A stretch of DNA of 64,000 nucleotides from the NCBI GenBank assembly GCA_965198225.1, contig CBDAOY010000005.1, positions 576,001 through 640,000 on the forward strand. The letters are read 5' to 3'. A model generated the notes under the pieces. The model was given only the letters and a program-made list of their open reading frames with translations. It did not search any database and was not told where the DNA came from. The translations under genes and the position numbers were made by a program. Position 1 is the first letter of the stretch, and each line of letters begins with the position of its first letter. This document shows positions 41,371 through 53,071 of this stretch, one piece after another. Source of the stretch: Terriglobia bacterium. GTDB lineage: Bacteria > Acidobacteriota > Terriglobia > 20CM-2-55-15.

Positions 41371-41522
41371 ACGTCACCCTGGTCCGCAGCTTGCCGGACT
41401 GCGTCGAGATTGTCCTGTGCCAGTCGTGCCTGAACTGTCGCGCCCTCCTGCGCGTGCAGCCGGGACCCGGCACCCAGGGAAACAACGACCGCCCAAAAAT
41501 AAAGAGCCAAGCGGAGTTTCAT
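41371..41522 (-). pseudogene. Sel1-repeat-like secreted protein, N-terminal fragment
   Basis: Signal peptide followed by VRQAADQGDVA, cut by IS5. Confidence 0.6.
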
Positions 41523-41851
41523 GAAACCGTGCCGTCGGCAATCTGGGAAAACCATGATGGTTGCTCCCGATTCTGAAACAGGCCACCATAGTAGCCTGGA
41601 GAATTACTGGTTGAGCAGAGATATTCGTGAATTATCGTGCAACCTCACTCCAGAACGAGACGGGTACCAATCAAGAAATTGGCGCTTCTTCATACACTAC
41701 TGGTCAGCACTCCACTAGAGTGCATTGGCGTCCGGCGGATCGAGGAGCGAAACAACGAATCGACTTCTCGCGATCCGGATCGCCGCGTAGACTTCACGCG
41801 GCGTCGGAGCGCCAACGCTGGATTCGTCCTGGCCGCAGTGGAATGCATTCT

Positions 41852-43060
41852 TTACTGGACGATTTCCGCGTCCCTCACCATTTCCCAGACCCGAATGCGC
41901 GGTTCGCCGTTTGTGGCCACCAGATACCGGCCGTCTGCTGAGAATTGAAGGAATTCGATGTTTACCGCATTGGGGAATTCCTCCGAAGGCTCAAAGGGAG
42001 GGAGATGAAGCGTCGTGATCTTCCGTCCGTCGGACAGGTCATACAGGTTAACCCGGGCATTTTGGGGGTCGGTGGTGGTTGCCACAGCCACGATATCCCG
42101 TAGCGGGTGCCCGGCCACGGCGGTTCCCAGGCGGCTGAAGCCACTGTCGTAGGAACGATCCCAACTGCCGATGCTCAACCGCCGCGCCAACGTGTAGTCC
42201 GACAATCGAAACAGCCGGAGTTCCCGCGGCGTGATCCCCGGCAGGAATCGATCGTCCGGTGTGCCGATACTCACTCCCAAGTAGTTCGTCATCACGAATA
42301 TTTCTGGCGCGATCCATGTGCCCGGTTCCCCCTCAATTCTCGCTAACTCGTGATCGATGTCGTCAACAGACCGAATGACGACCTTCGGACCCAGATCCCC
42401 AGTCAAGTCGACGTACGCAAACCTGGAGCGGTCCGGCAACAGGAGTGGTGACCAGAGTATGTTTATCGGTCTCATGGGCGCACCCCACTCAAGTGCGCAC
42501 GCCCCCAGGTCCACCCGCCCGATCGGTCTTTCTTCGCCGCTACGAAAGACCAACGCAGTCCCACTGTCGACCAATAACAGATAAATTCCAGGATCGACTT
42601 CCACGCAGTCGGTGGGCTCGCCTTCCAGGTACCGCCATGTGGTTAATCGATCATCATCATGTGCTTCATAAAATAGTACCTCGGCGGTTCCAGGAAGGAA
42701 TTGGCTTCCGAAGACCGACGGCTCCGATGACGCAGTCGCCAAGACCTTACCCGCCAGTAGATCGACGATCCGAATGGTTCCATCGTCCGGGCCCCGACGG
42801 GTTTGCGTCCCGCGCGTCCGGCCCCCTTCGATCGTGATTCTGTACAGTGACAACTCACCCTTCCCCCAAGCGTCCTGGACCAGTGCGATCATATCCGGCC
42901 CAAGACCACCCCGTATGAAGCCTCCTTCGTGCTCGGCGACCAGACTGAACTGCCACCCGCTGTCCTGAGAGACGGCTTGGATGGGGAGACTGATCAGGGC
43001 AACCAGAACCAGGCTAACGATTGCGATCCGCCAGCCGTGGTGCGAACGTCTCAGGGACAT
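41852..43060 (-). CDS. Secreted beta-propeller-like protein (candidate RHS immunity)
   Basis: Signal peptide, DGTIRIVDL and LQFSADGRYLVA...IRVWE. It overlaps the end of the RHS ORF. Confidence 0.65.
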   Translation of the reverse strand: MSLRRSHHGWRIAIVSLVLVALISLPIQAVSQDSGWQFSLVAEHEGGFIRGGLGPDMIALVQDAWGKGELSLYRITIEGGRTRGTQTRRGPDDGTIRIVDLLAGKVLATASSEPSVFGSQFLPGTAEVLFYEAHDDDRLTTWRYLEGEPTDCVEVDPGIYLLLVDSGTALVFRSGEERPIGRVDLGACALEWGAPMRPINILWSPLLLPDRSRFAYVDLTGDLGPKVVIRSVDDIDHELARIEGEPGTWIAPEIFVMTNYLGVSIGTPDDRFLPGITPRELRLFRLSDYTLARRLSIGSWDRSYDSGFSRLGTAVAGHPLRDIVAVATTTDPQNARVNLYDLSDGRKITTLHLPPFEPSEEFPNAVNIEFLQFSADGRYLVATNGEPRIRVWEMVRDAEIVQ

Positions 43061-43856
43061 GGCGCACCCCCCCCCGCTCGTTTAGGAATGAACGATAGTC
43101 CACGCGATTCAAGCGCGGAAACTGATGGCTAAAAAAGGAAACCACGTCGGGCCTCGGGTTGAACCGATCGATGTCCAGGAATGCGTAAGCATCTCCTGTT
43201 CCAAATTGCAGTGCGTTGCGGTATACATTCTCCCTTGCCAGAAAGTTATCCCCCCCGCGATGTGCTCTTCCGAACCAGCCGACGACCTTGGTCAACCCCT
43301 TTTCTAACCAACCCGACACGGTGAAGTTGTCGTTGCCTTCGATCTGACTCCGTAAATTGCGGCCTACCTCGCGACTAAACAGAATTCGATCATCCATTAC
43401 ATTACCACGCACAATTGAGTTTTCTCTGAAGTGCAATCCAGCCCCGACCCCGGCCACTATGATGCTCTGGAATACAAGTTGTCGATGCGCGCTCAGTCCC
43501 ATGAAGGCCGCTTCGCCACCCAGCAATAATCTCTTAACGAATGCGCAATTCACGCGAGAAACGGTTTGCGGAAATTCAGGAAACGTGGGGAGTTCGACAT
43601 ACGACCCGATAGTCCCTTTCAGCAATGACGGCCAGTAAATTGGTCTCAATGGCGGCCGAAGTGGAGTCTCTATACTGAGGCCGCTGGGGTCCGTATAGTT
43701 GACCGGATCGGCCATTGCATAAATGTACCGATTCAGGCTTTGCGGGAGCATCAGATTTATCGGACCCCGATCCACGGACATGAACACGCCGCGGGTCGTT
43801 GCGTCGAAGCGGTGGATGGCATAGTCCAGACCGGATTCGGCATCGCGCTGGTAGGA
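43014..43856 (-). pseudogene. RHS-associated core plus C-terminal toxin domain, 5'-truncated
   Basis: SYQRDAESGLDYA..RF.....G.FMSVD, PQSLNRYIYA..DPVNYTDPSGL, then a lower-GC unique tail. Confidence 0.85.
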
Positions 43857-43894
43857 GGGGTCATCGCAAGGTTTGTACCTGAAATTACTCTAAG
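43857..43894 (+). repeat. Tn3-family 38-bp terminal inverted repeat
   Basis: GGGGTCATCGCAAGGTTTGTACCTGAAATTACTCTAAG. It sits exactly at the RHS truncation and shares AATTACTCTAAG with the 11715 IR. Confidence 0.8.
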
Positions 43895-43924
43895 GAAGAA
43901 AAACGGCCGCACATGGGGCTCTAG

Positions 43925-45498
43925 GAGCCTGTCGGGAATAGATTGGGGATGGGTGGCGACAGAAGTCGGGGAAGAACCGGATGGGACCTAAGCTGGACGG
44001 GTGGATTTGTAGAAGAAGGCATGACGAAAAGCTTCCGATCCGATGACCTGAATCAGAGCTTGTTGATGCCGCCGTCGTTACACGACTGGCTTCCGGAAAA
44101 TCATTTGGCGCGATTTGTGGCCGACCTGGTGGAGACGCTGGATCTGTCGGCGTTTTACCGTTCCTATGAGGCGAAGGATGGACGAGGTCAGGCGGCCTAC
44201 TCCCCGGTGCTGATGGTGCGGTTGTTGGTGTACGGATATTGTACCGGGGTGGTGAGTTCGCGGCAGATCGAGAAACGGACGCATGAGGACGTGGCGTTCC
44301 GGTATTTGAGTGCGGACACGCATCCGGATCACAGCACGTTCAACGAGTTTCGGAAACGGCATTTGGAGGCGTTGGCGGGACTGTTTCTGCAAGCGCTGGG
44401 ATTGTGCCGGAAGGCGGGGCTGGTGAAACTGGGGCATGTGGCGGTCGACGCAGTCGAGGATGAGAAGCAACGGCACGGAGTGACCGACCAGTTGCCGAAG
44501 GAATTGGCGCGGCGGGAAAGCCGGTTGAAGAAGATTCGACAGGCCCGGGCGGAATTGGAAGCGGAAGCCCGGCAGAAGGCGGGGAAGGCGAAGGCGGACG
44601 CGGAAGCGCGGATGGCCCAGCGGCGGAAGCAAGAGGAGCGAACGGGGAAGAAGACGGGTGGAGGCCAACCGCGGGTTCCCGATCCGAAGCAGGCGGCGCC
44701 GGATGCGAAGGCGCAGCGCAACTTCACCGATCCGGACAGCCGGATCATGCCCGACGGCGCGCACAAAGGCAGTTTCGTGCAGGCCTACAATGCCCAGATC
44801 GCTGTGGACGATGACACGCAAGTCATCGTCGCGGCCGAGATCACCCAGGACGCCAATGACAAAGAGCAACTGGCGCCCATGGTCGCGCAAGTGCGGCGGA
44901 ACACGGGGACCCGGCCCGTCGCGGTCAGCGCGGATGCCGGGTATTGGAGCCCCAGGCAGGTGACCGACCCGCGAGCCGCAGGGATCGATTTACACGGGGC
45001 CACGGGGCGAGTCCGGACCGGCGCATCCCCGAAGTCTTCCGGCGGCCCGCCCGGAGCGGCTGAAGGCGCCGGCGTACGGGAGCAAATGAAACAGAAACTG
45101 GACAGCGATGTGGGGCGGGCCGTCTACAAGATGCGCAAGGCGATTGTGGAACCGGTATTCGGACAGACCCGGGAATGCCGGGGATTCCGGCGTTTCAGTT
45201 TCCGCGGTCTCGAGAACGTGCGGGCGGAATGGCAACTGGTCTGTTTGACCCACAACATCCTGAAGTTGTTTCGTTACGGAGGAGGATTCAAGCCACTGGC
45301 GGCTTGAATCGAAGCAGGGAGATCCTGGCAAACACAGAATCCGCGGATGAAAAATACGTATCGCGCTCAATGGGGGCTGCCGCAATCTCATCTCATGGAT
45401 CTGTCTGAGCAAACGCTTCCCAAGGTGGCCTTCATCCTGAAATCGCGATGGGGCTTTCAGCTTCAGACTTCTCCAGATTTCTTATTGCCGACAGGCTC
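43925..45498 (+). mobile_element. IS1182-family element 2, CTAG duplication; transposase 44021-45307 has an in-frame deletion
   Basis: IRs GAGCCTGTCGG and CCGACAGGCTC with CTAG on both sides. VAVD is not followed by the usual GTK.KANAS segment. Confidence 0.88.
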
Positions 45499-45917
45499 CT
45501 AGGCTCGCCTGGACGGTGGGAGGGGATGCGTCAAGGGGGTTTCTGCTACGTCTCCAAGGCTCTAAACGTCGTGAGCGGCCTTCTACGGCAAGTCGTTAGG
45601 GCATCGGTGCTCTCGCCTCTCCCATACAGACAGGCCTTACCTCCATCCGATTCCGATTTCCCCGGTTTTCAACCTAAAAGGGTCTTTTTCCGACTCCGAT
45701 TCCGGCTCTAAAATGTTTCGATTCTGCTTTTTTCACAGGGTCCACAGGGGCTACTACGTGCTCTTACTCTTCTACTTGCTCGAATCGGCCCAGATCTGGA
45801 TCGCGACAGACCTCCCCGGATTGGTCAAGCATGGAAAAACCCTACGAATCTGGTCCTCTATTCGCTCACTAATGCTACTTCTGTGCTTAACGAAACCGAG
45901 TTGATTAAGTGGCATTG

Positions 45918-47335
45918 GGGAGTGCGCCCCCAAAACTGGACAGATTTCGTCAAAGATTGAGAATAGGCCGATCGGCGCGTTTCAAGTTCACGAGCTGCTC
46001 GAACTCGATCGGCGGACGATAGCCGATTGAGGAGTGCAGCCGCTTGCGATTGTAGACCTCCTCGATGAAGTATGGGACACGTTCGATCACGTCCTCGTAG
46101 GTCTCGTAGTTCCAGAGATGGATCTCCTCGTACTTCAACGTCTTGAAGAACGACTCCACGAAAGCGTTGTCCCCGGGATTGCCCTTCGCCGACATGCTGA
46201 TCTGGAAGCCGTGTGTTCGCAAGATGTCGATGTAGTCGTCGGAGGCATACTGCACGCCCCGATCTGAATGATGGATGCAGCCCCGGGTGTCGAGACGCGC
46301 TGCGATGGCCATCTGTAACGCCTCGATGCAGAGCTGGCGGTCGATCCGTTTCGAGATCGCCCAACCGATGACCTTGCGAGAGTGGAGATCCAGGATGGCG
46401 GCCAGGAACACGAATCCGGTGCGTATCCGGATGTAAGTGATATCGGCTGCCCACGCTTGATTCAGACCGGTGACCGTGTGCCTCTTCAGCAGATTGGGGT
46501 AGATGCGGAACCGGTGATTGGAATCGGTCGTGTGGAGGAAACTCCGCCAGGTGATCGGCTTCAACCCGTACCGCTTCATCACGCGCCGAAGCCGTTTCGT
46601 GTTGACGATCTCGCCCTGGCGTTCCAGTTCCCGATACACCCGGCGGTATCCGTAGCCGGGAAATTCGGCCTGGATCCGCTCGATGCGATCGCGCAGATCG
46701 GCGTCCTGTTGCGCTTTCAGTTTGGGATCGACCTTCGGCCTGTAGTAATACGTGCTACGTGCCAGGCCCGTCATTTCGCACCCTTTCGATATCGATCCCA
46801 GTTTTTCCCAGTGATTACGGCAGTATCGACGTTTCGATTCCGCTTCATCCAGCTCTGCAGTTTTTTTTGATGATCGATCTGCATCACCAGATCCCCAACC
46901 TTCGCCTTCAGGCGTTCATTCTCGGCCTCCAACGCCCGTTCCCGGCTCGAAGGCCTATCCACCAGTTGATTCGCCTCGTACTGCGTCCGCCAACGCTGAA
47001 TCACGCTGGGCGAGATCTGGTACTGCCGCGCTGCCGCGCTCAGCGTCATCTGGCCGGTTTCAATCTGCTCGACCAGGCGTCGCTTGAATTCCACTTCAAA
47101 CTTCCGTCGGATCTTTCCCATCGGTGTCGGACTCCCTGGCCCACTGCTGAAAAATCGGCGCGCGTCACGCGCTGTGGAAACCGTGGAAAAGCTCCGCACA
47201 ATACGCTCCGCTTTCCCACCGTTCCCACAGCGCCGGCGGGGGGATAATATTCCCCCTTCCAGCAGCAGGACCGGCTAAGCCGATCACCTATTCTCTAATT
47301 CTTGGGAAAAATGTCCAATGAAGGGGCGCAGTCGG
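45918..47335 (-). mobile_element. IS3-family element copy B (intact orfA and orfB)
   Basis: Imperfect IRs GAGTGCGCCCC..TGGACA and TGTCCA..GGGGCGCAGTC. orfA is at 46771-47121 and orfB at 45950-46774. Confidence 0.92.
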
Positions 47336-47396
47336 TTGTGATGGTAACCAGCCATTTCAGGCCATGCTTGACGTTCTGCGCATTCTCTCGCGCCCG

Positions 47397-47702
47397 TTAC
47401 TCGCTGAGCACACGCACGACCGCCTCAGGGTCGCGGTCGATGACGGTCAGCAGAACGCGGGCGGCGCGATCTGGAACGCGGCGCCCCTGTTCCCATTCCT
47501 GCACGGCACGTGCGTCGAGACCGAATCGGTCCGCGAACTTCTGGCGGCTCAATTTCATACGCTTCCGTAGCGCAAGAATGTGCTCTGCAGTGGGATCGTC
47601 GACAATGCGGCACGGCAGATCCACTTCGCCGCGCACATGGGCAAGAACCTCCCCCAAGGCTGCCTCCACCTCTCGACCCACTTGGGTTCGTTTCGTCGTC
47701 AT
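47397..47702 (-). CDS. higA: HigA-like XRE-HTH antitoxin
   Basis: LSRQKFADRFG...VQEWEQGRRVP..AARVLL. Confidence 0.85.
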   Translation of the reverse strand: MTTKRTQVGREVEAALGEVLAHVRGEVDLPCRIVDDPTAEHILALRKRMKLSRQKFADRFGLDARAVQEWEQGRRVPDRAARVLLTVIDRDPEAVVRVLSE

Positions 47703-47706
47703 CGTC

Positions 47707-48033
47707 TTACCTCCCCTCTTTCTTGATCGCGGCCACCAGCCGCGATAGGGTTTTCCGGTCTGCCGGAGTCAGGTCGTCTCGGTCGGCCTTCGCATAGGCT
47801 GTCAGCATATAGATGGCCTCCGGTCCTGCGTGATGGAAGTAAATTGTCCGAATTCCGCCTCGCTTTCCCCGTCCCGATCCTGTCCAACGCAGCTTGCGAA
47901 TACCTCCCGTTCCTCGGAGCAAAGGCGCCCGGCCGGGATCGGCAACGATCTCCGCCTCCATTTTCTGGCGCTCCACTTCGGACATGAGCTTGCGAACGGC
48001 GCGCTCGTAGGTTCTGGTGGTGAAGATACGCAC
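47707..48033 (-). CDS. higB: RelE/HigB-family toxin
   Basis: GTGGIRKLRW...GRGKRGGIRTIYF...LTAYAK, in toxin-first gene order. Confidence 0.88.
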   Translation of the reverse strand: MRIFTTRTYERAVRKLMSEVERQKMEAEIVADPGRAPLLRGTGGIRKLRWTGSGRGKRGGIRTIYFHHAGPEAIYMLTAYAKADRDDLTPADRKTLSRLVAAIKKEGR

Positions 48034-48199
48034 AGGCCTTAATTGTGCGGCATTGCCGCAGGCTTATCAAGGGAGGCTTGATTCCCGATTACACCACTTG
48101 ACCGCCGAGGCGGTTGACCACGGAACTCCAGCACGGACTGACAGGCTAGCCGCCTGGATTGCTGTTTAACTACCGCATAAGGGCGCCCAGGCGCTTTAG

Positions 48200-48560
48200 G
48201 GTCAATTTGGAACGATCTTGCGGGTTTGGTGAAGTGGTAGAGGGCGGAGCAGGAGACGTCCAAAATCTTGGCGATTGAGGCCTTGGAGACATCCTTGCCC
48301 AACAGTAGATGTTCCCAAGGCCCCCTTGGGCCGGCCGAGCAGTTTCCACTTGGCTTTGGCAGTGGCGTGTCTGGCTGAACTGGAGGATCTCCAACTTCTG
48401 GTTGGCGAGCTCCTGCGAACGAGTGGAGATGCAGCGGTGGTGACGGTTTTCAACGCGGCGTCCAAGAAAAGGCGAACCGAGGTCTGTTTGCGACAATTAA
48501 CGACTATCGACTCCAGAACAATCTGTAGTCGGATATCGTTTAGAAAGACGTTCGTTTGTC
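48200..48560 (-). pseudogene. Serine resolvase remnant with upstream res-like region
   Basis: IST.SQELANQKLEIL, LLGRPKG and HTH VSKASIAKILDVS.SALYHF in shifted frames. Confidence 0.7.
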
Positions 48561-48816
48561 TTGGACAGACCCGTACCGGTCTCCGACTCTGATCCTTGTT
48601 TGCAACGTCTACTGGCAGGCCAGGGGGGATCTCACGGATTGCAGCTGCGCCGGACTTCACGTTCGACCCCGACCTGCCGCTACGTGCCTCGGTTCTTCGT
48701 TTCGATCGTTCTATCTGCACCAGGACCCCCACGAAAGAGCTGTTCGCATAAGGCGCGTAAATAGCTATATATTCCGATATTATCCTATATATTCGTATTT
48801 CATTGGGAGGTTAAGG

Positions 48817-49071
48817 ATGGCGCTGGTCAAGAAGAGCATCACCGTGACGGATCGGCAGGAGCTGTGGATCAGGGCACAAATCGCGAGTGGCGAATATGGT
48901 AACGACAGCGAATACTTCCGCGACTTGATCCGCCGCGACCAGGAACAGAACGGGCAAATCCGTGCCTTGAAGGAAGCGATTCAGGAAGGTCTGCAAGGTG
49001 GCGTTAGCGACAAGACCGTGAAAGAGATTTGGGCCGAGGCGGAGCAGCGCTATACAGCCAGGCATGGCTGA
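48817..49071 (+). CDS. parD: ParD-family antitoxin
   Basis: IASGEYGNDSEYFRDLIR...LKEAIQEGL. Upstream direct repeats CTATATATTC at 48765 and 48785. Confidence 0.88.
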   Translation: MALVKKSITVTDRQELWIRAQIASGEYGNDSEYFRDLIRRDQEQNGQIRALKEAIQEGLQGGVSDKTVKEIWAEAEQRYTARHG

Positions 49072-49354
49072 CTATCGCCTATCGGTCCGGGCCGAAGCTG
49101 ACCTTGCCGGAATCGCCGACTACACCATCAAGACCTTCGGCATCGAGCAGGCACGCGAGTATCGGGATACTCTGGATGCCTGTTTCCGAACCCTCGCCGA
49201 GAACCCACACTTGGGGCGAAGTGCGGAACTGCTCTCACCGGGCCTGCGGCGCTTTGAGCACCGGTCACACACGGTCTTCTATGCCGAGGACGAAGGGGAC
49301 ATTCTGATCGTTCGCATCTTGCACGTCGGTATGGACACCTCACGTCACCTTTAA
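49064..49354 (+). CDS. parE: ParE-family toxin
   Basis: YRLS..AEADL..I..YT...FG..QA..Y, LAENPHLGR and ILIVRILH. Confidence 0.9.
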   Translation: MADYRLSVRAEADLAGIADYTIKTFGIEQAREYRDTLDACFRTLAENPHLGRSAELLSPGLRRFEHRSHTVFYAEDEGDILIVRILHVGMDTSRHL

Positions 49355-49905
49355 TCTATGTGGATCGACGATCAATCGACGTGATCGCTCTGCCGGGACA
49401 ACATCGCCTCCAGCCTCTGGCTACATTACCTTCAGGAGTGCCCGAGTTGCGAAGCTTTCGTCGGTACAGTGACGCGTTGAAACGAGTGCAAACTCACCAG
49501 ACTAGCAAGACTCACTACAAGGTCAGTGATTTCCTCACTTGGTCGAAGGCTGGGTCCCGCATACAGAATCTTACTCATGATGTCTCACGTACGGAGGAAG
49601 AAACTTGAAGACGGCAAACTCAGGGAATTCATTTTTCACGGCGTCACCTACCCGCAAGATCCCGTTGCCGATTGGCTTGAAGCTGTCACTGGAAGCGGCT
49701 GAATGGCCTACCTCAGGGAGAGTAGAAGGCGCGCCAACCCACACAATCGCAGGGTCTTCCTTGCCGCATCCGGCGCGACCCGCACCGCTTCGGTCCACCA
49801 CACCGGAAGATAAGGCGTTCAGCGCATGGCCGTTCCGCCCGGCGCCCCGAGCATCCCTCATGCCGGACTTCCAGGTGTCGCCGGCCGGATACCCAATCAC
49901 CTTGC

Positions 49906-50216
49906 TCATTCCAGCATATTGTTGGCAAGCAATCGGTTCTGTGTTTCGTTGATTTCGTCAATCACAGAATTGATTTCCTCATGGCATCGCCACGCTGGTA
50001 TCCGCAGGATAGTCCAACCGAGTTTGTCCAGGACGCGGTCTCGTGCAAGGTCTTGGCGGCGGTGCCGCCCTCGGGCGTCCAGGTGCTGGTCGCCGTCCAC
50101 CTCGACGTTCAGCTTGATCCCTTGTTCCAGCAACGCGAAGTCCAGTTCGTACCCCTCCACCTCGAGCTTGGCGTAGGGCAAGAGATCCCCGAGTTGCATG
50201 GCGTCGAGCAGGATTG
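49906..50216 (-). pseudogene. DUF559/Vsr-like nuclease domain, C-terminal part of the split helicase gene
   Basis: YELDFA......VEVDGDQH......D..RD..L...GW.ILR. Confidence 0.8.
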
Positions 50217-51595
50217 GAGGTTCCGTCAATAAGTGTGTAAATAGACATCAGGCGGCTTTCTCCTCGGTGACTTGGTTGACTGGAACTCCATTGACATATT
50301 GGGCGCCTTGGTAGACATCCTTCATCAAGTGCGGAGCCTTCAAACGGCGAAATCTTTTCTCAGCGACCAGCAGCATCTTCCAGATGACAGCCCGTGCGTT
50401 GGCCACTTTCTTGAACCTTCGAGAGGCATCGGTTCGCAGTCGCAGAGCAGAGAAGGGAGACTCCACTGGATTGGTAGTCCGCAGATGTTGCCACTGCTGT
50501 TTGGGATAGTTGTAAAACGTCACCATCCGATCCCAGTCCTGGTCGATCAGATCAGCCGCAGCCTCCAGTCCTCTCTTGCCACACCAATGTTGGAATCGTC
50601 CTTTGACTTGCTCGGCTTCCTGCCGTGTTTCTGCATAAGGGATCTGCCGCAACATCAACAACGCCGCTTTGTGCCGACCCTTGGGGATCTTAGCCAGCAA
50701 GTTGACGATGCGATGATTCCAGCATCTCTGCTCGTCGGCTTCTGGGAAAACGTTGCGCAACGCTCCCCAGATCCCCAGATGCCCGTCAGCCATCACCAGT
50801 CTCGGTGGGTTCATCCCCCGCTCTTTGAGATCCCTCAGCACTTCGGACCAGCTCTGGGTCGATTCTCGATAACCACTACTGACCGACACCACCACTTTAG
50901 TGCCATCACTTAAAGCGGCGATCACTACCAGGATCACGGCCTTTTCCTTCTCCAGCCCTGCTTTGATGTACACACCGTCTGCCCACAGATACACCACTTC
51001 CAGATCGTCCAGCCGACGGCTTTGCCAGGCCTCCATTTCTCCCTGCCACTTCTCCTTCAACCGGGCTACGGTGCTGGGGGACAGCGGCGCTTCTTCCCCT
51101 AAAAGCCCTCTTAAGGCCAGATCGAAATCCCCCTCGGCCAGACCATGCAAATAGAGTTCTGGAATCAAGTCTCGTACCTCTTGCGTCCGCTTGGCAAACA
51201 GCGGCAAGACCCGGCTCTCAAAACGCTCTTCCAGATCCCGCACTCGGGGACGCCGCAGCTTGATCGTTCCGCAACTCAGCGTCAGTCGCCGCTCCTTACC
51301 GTAGCCGTTGCGATAGCCACCGGGCGCGTCCACTTCTCGGCGACGCTCATTCTTTCTTCGTCCCAGCAGCTGTGTCACTTCATCCTCCAACAGTTCCTGT
51401 ACGTAAAACTGGATCTGCTCTCGCACCCACTCTTCCAGCTGTTCAAAGCAGACTCTTGACTCCACACTTCGATCAATGTTCTTCTTGCTCATGGCGGTGT
51501 GACTCCTTCCTTTCGGGCTCTTCCGCCCGGGTTTTTATTTCACCCGGAAGGATAATCACCGCCTATGCTATTTACACACCTTTTGAGGGTAGCTC
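50217..51595 (-). mobile_element. IS256-family element, transposase 50248-51492, 8-bp duplication CAGGATTG
   Basis: 28-bp imperfect IRs, duplication at 50209-50216 and 51596-51603, and YRNGY, WADGVY, ADGHLG and LRTTNPVES motifs. Confidence 0.93.
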
Positions 51596-52920
51596 CAGGA
51601 TTGCCTCGGATGTGCTGTCCGTGCGGAAGTCGGCAACCGGCGTACCCGCGCCCTCATTGTGTGTAACCTCATCGCGCAGGTAGGCGCGCAGGGAGGCCAG
51701 CGTTGGACTCCCCAAATCTAGAATGCGCGGGTGGCCGAGAACGATCAGGGCTCGACGCGCGCGGCTGACAGCTACGTTCAGGAGGTTTCTTTCCCGTTCT
51801 ATCCAACGGGCGCCGCTCGGGGCCATGCCGGGAGAAAGCACGGAAGACAACAAGATCGCCTCACGTTCGCCTCCCTGAAACCGGTGTGCGGTTCCGCTCT
51901 CAAAGTCGATTTCTTCCAGGCGATCTGGGCCGATTTGCCTCTTGGCGATCCGCTCGATGAGTTTCGCCTGCGCGGTGAACGGAGTCACCACGCCAACGGA
52001 GTCATAACCGGATTCGATGACGGCCCGAAGTTGTCTCACCGTTTGCTCCGCCTCCGCTCGGTTGAGCCAACTCCCAGCGGGGGGCCGTGTTGCCGCACCG
52101 TCGACATCAACCCAGCAGATAGCGCGATCCCGCTGGGATGTGTCGGAGACATCCGTCAACACGGTGAGTTCACCAGCGTAGAACGTCCTGTTGAACCAAC
52201 GGGCGATGTGTGGGTGGCAGCGGTAATGCTCGTTGAGAAGAACCGGTGTTTCAGGTCTCACAGCAAACTCAAACGCGGAGTAGGCCGAACCGGATTTGTG
52301 GTGGATGCCGCGCTCGCGCAGATCGTCGTTGTCGAACCCGGTTTGCGTGGCGATCTCCTGCAAGAGTCCATCGCTGAGGGAAACGATTGGATTCAGTTGG
52401 CAGGGGTCTCCCACGACCGCCAGACGTTTGGCGCGGTAGGCCAAAGGCAGCACATTGGCGAGGCTGCACTGGCTGGCCTCGTCGACGATCACAAGATCAA
52501 ACAGCCCGGACTCCAATGGGAAATTGGAATCCGCTGTGAGTGCCGTGCACGCCCAGCCTCGTAAGTGACGGAACGAATTGCCGACTGCACGTTTGAAACG
52601 ATCGCTGTGGGCGGGAATCGTGTTGAAAGCCGCGAGACGGTCGGCGCCAGAGGCGACTCGCCCTGCGGCCTCCACGCGGATCGCGCGAAGGCTAGCATCG
52701 GCCCATTTCTGGTCGGCGTCCCGCACGCTGATCGCCGGGTCGCCGACTGCGGACTTCAGTTGGCGGCGTTCGGTTTGTTTGTTTGCCAGTTGGGTCGTCA
52801 GCGCTGCCCTACGCTGATCAATTTGTGCCCAGCTGGCGAGTTGCTCCAATGGGGCAGTTTCCGAACAGCCGAGCCGCCTGCGGAAGCGCCGCGCTCGGAA
52901 GCGGCGGAACCACCACGTCC
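51596..52920 (-). pseudogene. SF1 (Upf1/DNA2-like) helicase, 5'-truncated and IS256-interrupted
   Basis: FDLVIVDEASQ, VVGDPCQL, EHYRCHP, GVVTPF, HRFQGGE and NVAVSRAR motifs. Confidence 0.9.
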
Positions 52921-53071
52921 GCAACAATCGTCTGGTTCGCCGCTCGATTTCACGGGAACTGATGGGCAGTTCAGGAGGGCGCGCACCCGGCCTACATCGT
53001 GATGTCGGCCAGTGATCGCTTCCAGCATCCCACCCGGCACGTGAACGAACTCTGGCAAACCGACTTCACCC

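Noticed and set aside
48195-48230. Partner IR for the 43857 repeat
   Set aside because: Partial resemblance only, with no terminal CCCC.
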